Shown here: one piece after another, positions 25,286 to 38,329 of the stretch
How positions within the stretch are numbered: position 1 is the stretch's first letter
How the letters are laid out: every line of letters begins with the position of its first letter
Assembly (NCBI RefSeq): GCF_006345805.1
Contig: NC_043012.1
Coordinates: 20,026,001-20,090,000 of the forward strand
Source: Octopus sinensis
Taxonomy: Eukaryota
Direction of reading: 5' to 3'
Length of the DNA stretch: 64,000 bases
Made by a program: the position numbers and the translations under genes
The notes under the pieces: model-generated
What the model saw: only the letters and a program-made list of their open reading frames with translations
Told to the model about the DNA's origin: nothing
Databases searched by the model: none

Positions 25286-25789
25286 CTGTAAGGGAAAAGA
25301 ATAAAAATATATTATTAATTAAACATAGTGTAATTCATGTGTAGACACACACAAATACATATACAACGTTCTTCAAGATATATATTTTGATTCATTGAAC
25401 CTTGATATCGTACACTATTTAGACTCTTTCTTTCACCGTTCCTCTTCAATTATTAGGTTGGAAAAAAACCTCGTATTTTGACATTAAATTGAGATAATCA
25501 GTTTGAAGTAAATTATTATTTACCGTAAGATAAACAATCATTCATTTATTATTTTTTATGCATTCTACATTTTTCCCTTCTTAACAGATTACTTCATAGA
25601 ATAGTATCATTAACGTTCGTAAAGATTTTACTCGTTAAAACGAGTTTTGAACTGACATTATCTCATATGTGCGTGTGTGCGGGGGTGTGGGCCTATGTGC
25701 GTGAATATGTATATGTCTAATTGTAAAGGTGTACAGAGCACATTTGACATTAATGTTATTTTCTACTCTAGGCATTGCGCGAAATGTTG

Positions 25790-26320
25790 GGGGAGTCGAT
25801 GAGATCAACCTCAGTACGCAACTGGTAACTAATTGGTCGCCTCTGAAAGGATAAAAGGCAAAGCCGTTCCCGGTGGAATTTGAACTCAGAATGTAAAAAC
25901 AGACGAAATACCTATTTCTTTACTACCCACAAGGGGCTAAATACAGAGAGGACAAACAAGGACAGACAAGCGGATTAAGTCGATTATATCGACCCCAGTG
26001 CGGAACTGGTACTTATTTAATCGACCCCGAAAGGATGAAAGGCAAAGTAGGCCTCGGCGGCATTTGAACTCAGAACGTAGCGGCAGACGAAATACCTATT
26101 TATTTACTACCCACAAGGGGCTAAACACAGAAAGGACAAACATGGTCAGACAGATTAAGTCGATTATGTCGACCCCAGTGAGTAACTGGTACTTAGTTTA
26201 TCTACTCCGAGAGGATAAAAGGTAAAGTCGACCTCGATTGAATTTGAACTCAGAACGTAACGGCGGACGAAATACAGCTAAGCATTTCGCCCCGCGTGCT
26301 AACGTTTCTGCTGGCTCCCC
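25790..26320 (-). mobile_element. SINE family A, tandem multimer
   Basis: Reverse complement of the consensus, about three bodies. Confidence 0.85.
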
Positions 26321-26362
26321 GCCTTCATTTACTATTGATTTACTTAAGAAATTATAACTTAC

Positions 26363-26395
26363 AGGGCACGTTTCCTCCTCACAGATAGACTTGAC
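26363..26395 (-). CDS. Microexon (33 nt): SSLSVRRKRA(L), containing a furin-type RRKR site
   Basis: ccttttattacag|GTCAAG...GCCCT|gtaagt; length is a multiple of 3; open in phase 2. Confidence 0.8.
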
Positions 26396-26589
26396 CTGTA
26401 ATAAAAGGAACATTTCTCATTAATACATCAAATATAACGGAAATCGCGTGTGTGTGTGTTATGTTATACAGGCTGATAATGAATTTCTATTTGTAAAATG
26501 CCAAGTCATGGTGTTGTTTTATGGTAAATTTCTTAGTAAATTCCATCCAACGTAACAATTTTTCCCTGGCTTCTTATTTTTTTATTCTT

Positions 26590-26843
26590 GTATTTGTTTC
26601 AGTCATTTGACTGCGGCAATACTGGAGCAACGCTTTTAGTTAACCAAATCGAACCCAGGACTTATTTTTTGTAAGCCTAGTACTTATTCTATCGGGGTCT
26701 CTGTCCGAACCGTTAAGTGATGGGGACGTAAACATGCCAGCATTGATTGTCAAGCGATGTTGGGGGACAAACACAGACACACATACATAAACTCACACAC
26801 TCACACACACACACACACACATACACACACACATACACACGCG

Positions 26844-26881
<38 letters not shown>

Positions 26882-27045
26882 GGACGGGCTTCTTTCAGTT
26901 TCCGTCTACCAAATCCACTCACAAGGCTTTGGTCGGTCCGAGGCTATAGTAGAAGACACCTGGCCAAATTGCCCCGCAGCGGGACTGAACCCGGTACCAT
27001 GATGTTGGTAAGCAAGCTACTTACCACACAACTACTCCTGCGCCT
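26590..27045 (-). mobile_element. SINE family B, near full length
   Basis: Reverse-complement match including the internal microsatellite. Confidence 0.85.
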
Positions 27046-27062
27046 ACTTTTGGTGTAATGTA

Positions 27063-27468
27063 TTGGGTTGTCCGGAAACTTCATGCCGATTTATAGTAGC
27101 TTACCTTTCGACTTATTTTAGAAGATGGTTGAGTCCATAAAAGAGGATTTGACTACACCTCCATTTAGAGCACAGTGTAAGCTATCTTTTCGTGGAAGAA
27201 CTTGTCTTAATTCTATAACCTGTCTTAATTCTGTAACTCTTTAAATTGGAAGATAAGAAAGTTCATTTTCGGCACTTGATGCTTTTCTTTTTCCGTAAAG
27301 GGAAAAATGCCTCACAAGCAACCAAAGGAATATGTGCAGTTTATCCGAAAGATACTTCTTTATCCGATAGAACTGTACGGAAGTGGTTCGCAAGGTTCCG
27401 AGCTGGACATTGTAGCCTTATTGATAAAGAACAATCAGGCAAACCATCCACTACAGATGATCACCACA
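27063..27468 (+). mobile_element. mariner 5' part (TIR and N-terminal HTH)
   Basis: ta|ttgggttgtccggaaacttcatgccgattt; EDKKVHFRHLMLFFFRKGKNASQA...TVRKWFARFRAG. Confidence 0.9.
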
Positions 27469-27549
27469 TTGCACATTCAGCAAAATTTAGATTCAAATGA
27501 ATGTGGTACCTAAGTTAGATGCATCAGCATTTTGTATGGTGTTATCCAT

Positions 27550-27902
27550 ATAAATCCATGGGATGATTATAATCAAAATAAGCAACAAGAATAACTTCGG
27601 TAATTTGGTACGATGGCTTTACGCTACATGATCTTATTAAATGTTGTAAGTATTAAAAGAGTTTTTAAATGCTGAGCACTCATCAGTCATTAATAGAGGT
27701 TTTCCATTAATACATATATCTCCCCTCTCTATAATGTTACCAATTGATATGGAAATTATGTATTAAGGAAAACCTTTATTAATGGTTGATAAGTGCTCAG
27801 CATTATAAAACTGTTGTAATACTTACAACATATAATGAAATGATGTAGAGTGAAACGATCGTACTAAATTACCGAAGTTACTATTGTTGCTTATTTTGAT
27901 TA
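27550..27902. repeat. Inverted duplication (~165-bp arms) of the hammerhead-bearing element
   Basis: tataatcaaaataagcaacaa... versus ...ttgttgcttattttgattata. Confidence 0.85.
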
Positions 27903-27996
27903 TATATTTGTGTGTGTGTGTATTTATATATATATGGATATATATTTATATATAAATATATATATATATATAAATGTATACATATGTATATATATA

Positions 27997-28040
<44 letters not shown>

Positions 28041-28049
28041 ATATAAAGG

Positions 28050-28080
<31 letters not shown>

Positions 28081-28768
28081 ACGTATGTGAGTGTGTGCGA
28101 CTAAGTGGAAAAACGGATGAAGGGCATTTATCCAATTTATTGGGAGTTACATGTATGGATCAAATGAGATTGTTTCAAAATCGTTGGTACACTTGAGTTT
28201 CAAGCATGACGCTATTCGTTAGCCATTTTCCACTTACTCGCATACAAATACTCATACACACACACACACACACACACACATACACCCACACATGTGTATT
28301 TTTATAATGCACATGCACATGTCTATCAATATTGGTTTGAATGTATGCCAGATAATTACTTTTTGCGTGTGAACATTAGTTGAGATTTGGGAAAATGGAA
28401 AACGATTACTACTTAAATTCTAAACGGGTTATGAACTGAGGATCACACTAAAAGTTATAAAGCCAAGACGGAGATGGCTCGAAACTCATTCAAGAATCAT
28501 GAGTAAGCAATTCATAACATTTTTCTGAATTAATATATAATCTGTAGCCTGATGCTTACAAAATTGTGCAGATAACACTTGTTCAGCTGGACAAAAATCC
28601 GGCATGGTGGACCACCCCCTTTAGTTGACCAATCGACCCTAGAACTTACTTTTTGTAAGCCTAGTATTTATTCTATCAGGGTATCTTGCCGAACCACTAA
28701 GTGACGGGGGCGTAAACTCGCCAGAATAGGTTGTCAAGCGATGTTGGGGGGACAAACGCAGACACACA

Positions 28769-28804
<36 letters not shown>

Positions 28805-28879
28805 CAATGCTTCGAATTGCATATGTGAACTTCAGTTAGATTTGTAATTCTAATTTGATCCCAAACAATATAACTAATT

Positions 28880-29100
28880 ATATACGGTTGGATGCTGAAA
28901 AGACGTTGGTTTTTAGGAGTTAGTGAAAGTCCCAGCTGGAAGCCCAAAATTCCGAGTTCATTTAAACTGCTTAAAAAAGCTGAAAGACCGCTGCAATAAG
29001 TGTGTGAGTCTCGGAGAGGAATTTGTTGAATAAAATCATCATTAACTGATACTGCTGGATTTTCTTTTCCCCGAAGCCAAAAGCATTTCAGTGCACTCTT
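28880..29100 (+). mobile_element. mariner 3' fragment
   Basis: LKKLKDRCNKCVSLGEEFVE* matches a mariner C-terminus. Confidence 0.6.
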
Positions 29101-29355
29101 GAAATAGGAACTCAACAAAAAGAGAAGGTAATTCCATTGGTTGTGGTATTATGCGCCACTGAATGTTATTCGGTTGTTGTCAAATTTGTAGAAATAAGAT
29201 TTACCCTAATAATATTTATGCGATCAAAAGTATGTGCTACATCGATAATAATTATTGTAAAATAATATTTTCAAATCAACATAATAAAATTGCAATTCAA
29301 AATAGATTTAACGATAGTGCACAAGCATAATAAGAATATTTCACAGAGGACTTAC

Positions 29356-29493
29356 TGTCTAAATGCTTTGCCCTTGGGAATGGCAAAAGGGTTGTCAAAA
29401 ATCTTCAGAAAACAAGATGTAGCTTTTTTTAATGATTCTTTGTCTTCATGCTTGAAGTGGAAAATGGGAAACAGCAGCAGGCGTTTTATATAT
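29356..29493 (-). CDS. Exon (138 nt, phase 2-2): YIKRLLLFPIFHFKHEDKESLKKATSCFLKIFDNPFAIPKGKAFR(Q)
   Basis: Donor ACA|gtaagt. Acceptor attcacag with a ctaac branch-like motif about 25 nt upstream. An alternative pyrimidine-rich acceptor at 29450 would start in phase 0, so the 5' boundary is uncertain. Confidence 0.6.
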
Positions 29494-29594
29494 CTGTGAA
29501 TACGCCATATATTTTCAGTTAGAACAATAAGATAAGCAATACACAAAGACAAATATATAAACATACTTAACAACTGCCATATATGTGCAGGGTA

Positions 29595-29729
<135 letters not shown>

Positions 29730-29821
29730 CAGATAGATAGATTGATAGATAGAGACAGAGAGACTGACAGACAGATAGATAGATTGATAGATTGATAGAT
29801 AGCTAGATAGATATGTATATA

Positions 29822-30880
29822 CAGGGTTTGGACAAAATAATGGAAACGCCTTAAAATTTCAAACAACTTTATTATAAAATGGGTAGAACTCGTTTGGCAT
29901 TAATTACAGCTTCAATTCTACGAGGTATGGATTCGTACAAAGTTTGAATTGTTTCAAAGGAATGTTTGTCCATTCTTCAGCTGAAACAGTCTCCAGTTCT
30001 TGTGGTGAAGATGGTGGAAGATATCGACTCCTTAATTGTTTTTCTAAACTTTACCATAAATATTCAATAATATTGAGATCTGGGGACTGTGGTGTCCAGA
30101 TCGGATGAATTGGTGCATTATCTTCCTGAACGATTGCGTTTGAGTTCCGTAACGATAGAATGAATTTGATCAGATAAAATGCTAAGTCTTGACTATGAAT
30201 TCTGCCATGAAGGGAAACCATTAGGCGGGCAGATTTCCAAAATGTAGCCCCCACCACAGATCCTCCTTCACAGATCCTCCTCCATGTATATCTGTTGGAA
30301 GAAGGCAGTCTGAGATAAATGCTTCAGTTGGCTCTCTTCACACGTATACTCCACCGGTGGTCGTGAAACCGGCTTTATGCAGCTCCCAGCGTACAGTTTT
30401 TGTGGAAACTGGGTTCTTGGGGTGGTCATTAAGATCTGCAGTAACTTTGGGAGCAGTACTTTTGTGATTCTTTCTAACAATTCTTTCCAACAGTCCCATT
30501 CTGAAATTTTTCGTTTTCTTTAGGAGATATGTTTCCACGAGGAGATTTTTCCGTCTTTCTCAGAGGCTGTCATTACTTTCGAGACACTACTTCTTGGTAC
30601 ACCAAACAATTCGGCTGTTTTCTTTATATTAGCACCTGGTACATGAGCTCCAACAATTTGACCCCTATGAAAGTCCGATACATGTGACATTTTCATAAAT
30701 TTTAATTATCATTATTTGGTGCTATCTTAAAAGAAAAATATAATTTTAGCAAAAAATATTAAGCCGCACTAGTAATGAATCAAAACACATGAAAATGAAG
30801 AAGTTTTTGACGGTTTTATAGATAATTCCAAATTATGAGGCTATGATGCTACGTGTTTCCATTATTTTGTCCCACACGTG
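29822..30880 (-). mobile_element. Tc1-like element with both TIRs and a deleted transposase
   Basis: ta|cagggtttggacaaaataatggaaac ... gtttccattattttgtcc..|ta; QEDNAPIH, PQSPDLNIIEYLW. Confidence 0.9.
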
Positions 30881-30894
30881 TATGATAAATATCC

Positions 30895-30928
<34 letters not shown>

Positions 30929-31016
30929 ATATTAGGTCCGGGTTGATCCGGGGTTAACCACAGTAAGTAAGGTACTCAATACATAGCAGAGTAAAATTAA
31001 TTTATTATATAGAAGG

Positions 31017-31067
31017 AGCTTCTACAGGACTAGTACTGTTTCATTCAAGAGAAATCTTCAGGAAGCT
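31017..31067 (-). ncRNA. Second copy of the same type I hammerhead
   Basis: Minus strand agcttc-CTGAAGA-tttc tctt gaat-GAAA-cag tactagtc ctg-TA/gaagct. Confidence 0.7.
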
Positions 31068-31309
31068 ATTTAACAAGAATTGTATTAGCATTTATACATT
31101 TAGGCAGGTTTAAAGGAGTGGTGGTGGGGGACTTTTTGGGGGGTAGGCATAGCGCAAAATATCATACTTGGGGGAGTGGTCAAGGAGTCAGTGGTAAGTT
31201 AGATGAAAGAATAGATAAATAAAAAAATAAAATAAAAAATAAAAATAAAAATAAAAAATAAAAATAAAAAAATAAAAAATATATAATAAAAAAAATAAAA
31301 AAATAAAAT

Positions 31310-31409
31310 GTGTGCACATACATACATAAACACATATACATACACACACATATACGTACACATGTGTGCCTATACATACCTACACATACACACATACATA
31401 CATATATAT

Positions 31410-31445
<36 letters not shown>

Positions 31446-31886
31446 CACAATCAAATACAGGCCCATTCCCTAATTTTAATTTTATTATCTTCATTTATTA
31501 CTTTTGTTATCTTTGATCGCTAGGGCTAAGGATCCTGGCGATGGCAGCATGTCCAATTGTGTCTGTCTACTAGAAGGCAAGTACTCGTTCCCGCACGCAC
31601 ACTCATTAGCACGTACATACACCCTTCGTACACTCATACACATACACGTACGCACGCGTTATATTCATACATACAAACATCTACATACGTTCACGTATAT
31701 ACATACGTACTCGTACCTACAGATTCATGTCTACACTTTAGGAGGCTAGTCTATATATATACACCAATAAATATACATATATATACCTATATACATATAT
31801 ATATATATATACACATACACATACACACACCCACACACATATATATACTCCTACATACAGATACATACCCATATATATATACATAT

Positions 31887-31924
<38 letters not shown>

Positions 31925-32187
31925 ATACATATATATATATATATATTATATATATATACATACATACACACACACACATATATATACACACACATACATA
32001 CACATATATATACATACACAAACATATATACACACATATATATATATACATATATACACACATACATACACACACACCTACATACATATACACACAAACA
32101 CATACATACGTAAACATACACACATACATCCATACATCCATACTTACATGCATTTATACGCATCATACACCCCCATCTATATATATA

Positions 32188-32225
<38 letters not shown>

Positions 32226-32994
32226 TATACATATATATATATAACACACTCACACATACATATACAAATATACGCCCACACATACATACATACACGTATA
32301 CGCATACACGCACATACACATATACATGCGTACCCATACACGTGCACACACGCACATGCATCCATATATATACACACACACACACATATATACACGTGTG
32401 CAAGCATATACATACTCATCCGCACACATACTTACTTATATACATATATGCACACACTTACACACATATATACATACACATATACATGCATACATACATA
32501 TATGCATACATACACATACACGCACATACACATATACACATGCGTACCCATACACGTGCACGCACGCACGCGCATCCATATATATACACACACACACATA
32601 TATATACACGTGTGCAAGCATACATACATACTCATACACGCGCACATACTTACATATACATATATGCACACACTTACACACATATATCATACACATATAC
32701 ATGCATACATACATATATACATACATACACACACGCGTACTCATATATACATATATATATATATATATATATCATTATACACATATATATATATATACAT
32801 ATATATACAAACATATATATACACATATACACATACACATACATGCACACCTACACACACATACACATACACATACATACATATATATATATATATATAC
32901 ACATATATACACATATACACATACATATATACACACATACATACATATACATACACACACACATACATATATACACGGATACACATACCCATAC

Positions 32995-33028
<34 letters not shown>

Positions 33029-33240
33029 GTATACACATGCATATACTTATATCTCTACATACTCACATATAAACATATATATATATACACACACACATAT
33101 ATATACATGTACACACACATACACATATACATACATATATACACATACACACATACATATATATATATATATACACACATATACATATACATACATATAT
33201 ATATATACACATATATATACATATACCCCCACATATATAC

Positions 33241-33275
<35 letters not shown>

Positions 33276-33503
33276 TACATATACACATATACATGTATAC
33301 ATACGCAATAATGATACACATATATACACATACACACACACAGACAGATGCATATACATACATTATATATATATAAATTACATATCTATATAAATACATA
33401 CATAATACACATATACACACACACATATATACATACATATACATACACATATATATACATATATAATATATACATATATATACATACATATACATATATA
33501 TAC

Positions 33504-33542
<39 letters not shown>

Positions 33543-33545
33543 TAT
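31310..33545. repeat. ~2.2-kb compound (AC)/(AT)/(ACAT) low-complexity array
   Basis: Direct reading. Confidence 0.95.
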
Positions 33546-33558
33546 ATTATATAGAAGG

Positions 33559-33609
33559 AGCTTCTACAGGACTGGAACTGTTTCTTTCAAGAGAAATCAT
33601 CAGGAAGCT
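33559..33609 (-). ncRNA. Complete type I hammerhead motif
   Basis: Minus strand agcttc-CTGATGA-tttc tctt gaaa-GAAA-cag ttccagtc ctg-TA/gaagct; all three stems pair. Confidence 0.75.
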
Positions 33610-33936
33610 TCCTGATGATTTCTCTTAAATGAAACAGTTTTCTATGTATTACTATTGTTGCGTTATAGCAAATAATGTCATACCGGCAGTAAGTAAAAAA
33701 AAAACCTTGTGCTATCTGGTTACTTTTTAATACAGTCTCCGCGTATTTTCCAAATTTAACGATTTTCATAATGTAGACTTTTTCTACTGTAATTAATCAC
33801 GTATTACAATTTTCTTGAATAACACGACGTCAATGAGATACTTAAAACTGAGTCCTTAGATATTTAAGTATCTGTTGTTAAAAGGGTAAACATTTTGATG
33901 CTTGCGTGAGAGTATATAAGAATTAAATGTACTTAC

Positions 33937-34032
33937 GGTTTATCCCAAAATTTTTCCATAGTGTCCTTCATTATCGAATGAGAATAGGCCAGTTTTTTCT
34001 CGAAGTCTCTTTCGTCCGAGCATGCTCCCCAG
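33937..34032 (-). CDS. Exon (96 nt, phase 2-2) of unrecognised microexon-rich gene: xWGACSDERDFEKKLAYSHSIMKDTMEKFWDK(P)
   Basis: Minus strand reads atatttcag|...|gtaagt. Only the phase-2 frame is free of stops. Confidence 0.65.
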
Positions 34033-34585
34033 CTGAAATATATGAATAATATAATGAATTGCTAGTTGTGACATTTAATAATTTATGATAAGTTAAAATC
34101 ATAAGTATATATTTTTAAAAGAGAAACTGGTGAGGAACCATCATGTTTCGGTTCTTCAAAATTTATAAGGCACCAAAAAGCCTGGTACAGTAGTGTTCAT
34201 AGTTGCACTGATTCATCTCTATAAAATGTCGTTTAACTTCCACCATTGAAGAGGAACAACTAATCTTTAACAATTGCCCTAACATGTGTTTTCTCTTGCT
34301 AACCTAGCTTTCGGAGTTTTTCTCATTACCGATGTAAAATTAAGAATATTTAATATAATTAAATGTCAAATATTTTCTCTCTGTTAATAATAATATCATT
34401 CCGTCTATTGATTAATGAGAAACTTTGAGAAAAATTTGAAACACCTATCACATATTTCCCATGTAAATAATCATAAACAATTTTTGCACAGATAATTGTA
34501 GAGTTAACTCATTCAACAGCATGGAAGTTGAGAAACATCTCCCATTCAAGAAATTTTTGATTAAGAAAATGTTATTGTCACTTAC

Positions 34586-35336
34586 ACCATCATAAGTCCT
34601 GTGACATGCTAAGCTTCCTATAAAGTGTATTGTGAGTAACATCGAGTATTGTCTGCTAATCTGAAAAGGACATATTTAATAAGACCTCTGGATGGCAGTA
34701 AGGATTCACTCTAAAAATCATTTTGTTTATTCTTCCATCAGATTGAAGTTAGGTTCCATTTTTCAGTGATAATCATGTTCACATTCCTAGTTTTTGCATG
34801 TTATCTCATGAAACATGAAACTGAACAATTCATAAAACTGTCTCTGTCTTGTTATCTACTCTAATCTCGTACGGAAACCAACCTACCACAAGGTTTATAG
34901 TATATTATAAGATGCTTAAAGTACTTCATGTTTAAAATATACTGATCTTAAGACAGATACAGATATTAAACTAAGTGTACATAAGGATCACGTAAATCTG
35001 AAAAACCTTAAAACTACCAACCTCACGTCTTCAACGCAGCACCATGTGGTGTATTTCCCTGAACAAAAAATACCGTTTGGCACTGCTAGAGCTATATTTT
35101 TATAGATCCAATGTGTCCACAAAATTGTTTTTTCATTTTGCTATTGAAAGTGCAGTGGCATATTGTATGAAACGTCGTAATATATAGAAAAATAAAATTA
35201 TCTATGAATCAGCCTGGTATTTTAAACTTACTTCAGCAAAATAAGTCATTTATGTCGAACAAGTACCACTGTAAAAAACTCTCCGAAGTTTATAATTCAG
35301 TTTTAAACATTACATGAAGTAGGAGCAGAAATGTTT
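34586..35336 (-). other. Cluster of four candidate upstream exons (35314-35336, 35232-35268, 35027-35058, 34586-34660); 5' UTR or disrupted N-terminal coding exons
   Basis: Each has a YAG acceptor and a gtaatg, gtaagt, gtgagg or gtaagt donor. The joined sequence has stops in every frame. Confidence 0.45.
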
Positions 35337-35599
35337 CTGAACAAATCTATTCTACTCAAAATATAAAATAATTCTATTATTTTCAATCATTTTGTTTCTA
35401 AATTAGCTCAAAGTTGCAGGGGAACCATCCTTATAATGTCAGTCCATACTCAACGTAGACAATAAATGTAGCAATATAAATCAAGTCATCATAAGACAAT
35501 CGTAGTAATCTAATATACGAATGTCTATTAAGCCAAGATCCTTATTTTCTACAATATCACCAGATTAGGTTTTTCAATATGTTTTAACCCTTAAGTCGA

Positions 35600-35995
35600 C
35601 GAACTAGCAGAAACGTTAGCACGCCAGGCGATATGCTTAGTGGTATTTCGTCTGTTCTTTACGTTCTCAGTTCAAATTCCAGCGAGGTCGACTTTGCCTT
35701 TCCCCCTTTCGGGGTCGATTAAATATGTACCAGTTACGCACTGGGGTCGGTGTAATCGACTTAATCCGTTTGTCTGTCCTTGTTTGTCATCTCTGTGTTT
35801 AGCCCCTTATGGATAGTAAAGGAATAGGTATTCCGTCTGCCGCTACGTTCTGAGTTAAAATCTCGGCGAGATCTACTTTGCCTTTCATCCTTTCGGAGTC
35901 GATAAATCAAGTACTATTTGCGTAATAGGGTCGATCTAATCCACTGGTCCTCTTCCCCAAAATTTTGGGCCTTGTGCCTAGAGTAGAAAATAATA
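35600..35995 (+). mobile_element. SINE family A, dimer
   Basis: Head plus two bodies. Confidence 0.85.
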
Positions 35996-36129
35996 TGTAT
36001 TAACCTTCTAATAAGAAGATTGTGAAATTCCATTGTACAGACAAACGATAAATAATTCAGTTCTGAATATATTAGGTGAGTCTTCAAATATGATGAAATT
36101 TCTCAAGATGGGTATTATATGCGCATGTG

Positions 36130-37385
36130 TGTTTGTTTGAAGGTGATACTTTCCTACTCCATATGTGAACAAAAACATACCTCATAAAGAAGTTTTCCCA
36201 AGCATGCGACCTTGTCCTGTATTTCATGAGTATTTCGTTATCATTTTTCTTAGCAGAAGACCTAGAAAGAAAATAGCGAGAATAGAAAATCACAAATTGC
36301 GGTAGAATTATTTCAGTGTCCAAAAGGTTACTTTAAGTTTAGATGAATTAACGTACTCTTAAGAAATGAATAGATTCCATGGCAACGTCTGGTGGGGGAA
36401 AATGCAATCTATTTGACTAAGTTTTAAGATGTTTATATGAAACAGAAGGGAAGATAATCAGTCGATTGTATAAATGAAAGTATTTGACTGGGATTTAATT
36501 TTATTGATCTCTTAAAAAAGCATAATGATCTTGATTTCGGTAAGATTTCAAATCACGGTGTACCACACCTAATGTTGTGTTCCAAGAATTTGTGTCTGAC
36601 AGTCTAACAGTTCCGTTTTGAGGATGATGAAGGTGTAACATTGTTGTATTTCGGAATGGTCATTTTGCCAGTTTAGCCAATAAAAACACACGCACTATAT
36701 ATTTGGTGTTACTTTGCTTCAGTGTTATTTAATTTTTACAAAATGGCTGATGGTTAGTAAGGAGACACACAAATAAGAAAGAAGAAAGCAAAGGACCATT
36801 GATGCGGTCACTGGAGTGTGACGAAAGAAGTCTGGCCGAAATAAGATTAAGATTAATGTAAAGAATAAATAACACTGAAGCAAAGTAACACCAAATATAT
36901 AGTGCAGTGTGTTTTTATTGGCTAAAATGGCAAAATGACCATTCCGAAATACAGCAATGTCTGTTTCAACACAAGACTTCACATAAAAAATCTTGTGCAA
37001 CAAATATATAAAGGTGTAACATTTTTAGTACAAATATCAATTTCAACTTTTTAGACTTTTATTACCTATATTTTTGTATTTTGAAATTCAAAACGTTCTA
37101 GGACAATTTTTGATTTTGCTGTTTGCTCAAATGGGAAGCGAGCTGTATTATCTGTTATGGGTTTACTCTTCAGCGCGTCGTTATATTTGAGCCATGGTAC
37201 ACCAACATTCCTGTCCCCAGTTTCAAGGTGGATGTACAGGAAGACTTTGGTTATAATTTCATCACTCATCTTCACAGCATGACAAACCTAGTGCAATTGC
37301 GACTGCATAATATCTTGATTCCACTTGTGCTTACAATTGTTCGATATTAGACGCCTTGTCTTTTAGTGAATAAATCCAGACTACC
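36130..37385 (-). mobile_element. Composite RTE-derived repeat; second copy at 63120-64000(+)
   Basis: KMSDE.ITKVF.Y.HLETGDRNVG.PWLKYND in both copies; flanks collinear in opposite orientation. Confidence 0.8.
36638..36960. repeat. ~95-bp-arm inverted repeat with ~135-bp spacer
   Basis: 36638-36731 versus 36866-36960, near identical. Confidence 0.9.
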
Positions 37386-37428
<43 letters not shown>

Positions 37429-38329
37429 TGTGTGTTTTTGTGTGTGTGTGTCTGACTGTGTCTCAGTATGTAATACTGAGACACAATCAGACACACACAC
37501 AGTTGAAATGTATGCATACATATAAAGAAATATGTACAGATAGAGGATATAAGTTTTCGCCAGATGACTCATACTAATAGGTGTACTGCCTGTGTGTTCA
37601 AATATGTGAGCCATCAACATCCCAGTTTGTAAAGAAGTTAAAGTTGTAGTTATGTGGTTGCCTTATCCAAAATGTCTATAGGTGACTTCCCATTGAGTTA
37701 GTTGTAGGTGAAATTAGTAAGGAAAAACACATCCATTTGTATGTACGTATGTATGCAATTATCGTTAACAACTTTAAAAAATAATAACAAGCAGGAAGAG
37801 GAATGCCCACAAGGGGAATGTATTAGTTTGTTGTTCAGTGCAAAGAGAATGTTTCGAACATATATCTCCGCCGAAAAGGAAAAAAAAAGGGAACAGGGAA
37901 AAAAGACTAAAGAAAGAAAAGTATCACCAAGACCACGTGCGTCGTTACATTGCTGATATATTCGTATTTATATGAAAATATAACTTAGGTAACTTAGATA
38001 TGTTTCGACCAAAGATTGATTCAGGCCATGTCTAACTTATTAGCATTATCTGATAGGATTAGCTAAATCTTTTTAAAGTCAAGTTTGTGCTATCATGGTC
38101 TATTCGAGTAAGGAGTTCTTGTTCGGGGAAGTTGTATCGAGGTATAGGTGAATTCTCTAGTATTCCCTGATGCAATTTGTCCAGATTCCATTTAAAGGTG
38201 ATGGGATCATTTTCCTCTTTGATCTGTTTCTAGAGTATTTTAAATAGGGCAGAGCATTTTGAGGAAGAGAAATTGCGTTACTGTGTATTTATGTGTTGTG
38301 ATCCTGAAATTTGCGACGTACAGTAAAAA

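Noticed and set aside
28560-28586. Minus-strand 27-nt exon candidate
   Set aside because: TGA in phase 2; lies in probable transposon-derived sequence.
31557-33554. Long His/Thr/Tyr/Ile-rich ORFs
   Set aside because: Compound AC/AT microsatellite, not coding.
35232-35268. Selenocysteine reading of the TGA in LFC*R
   Set aside because: No SECIS identified, and the downstream frame ends in another stop; an indel or UTR explanation is simpler.
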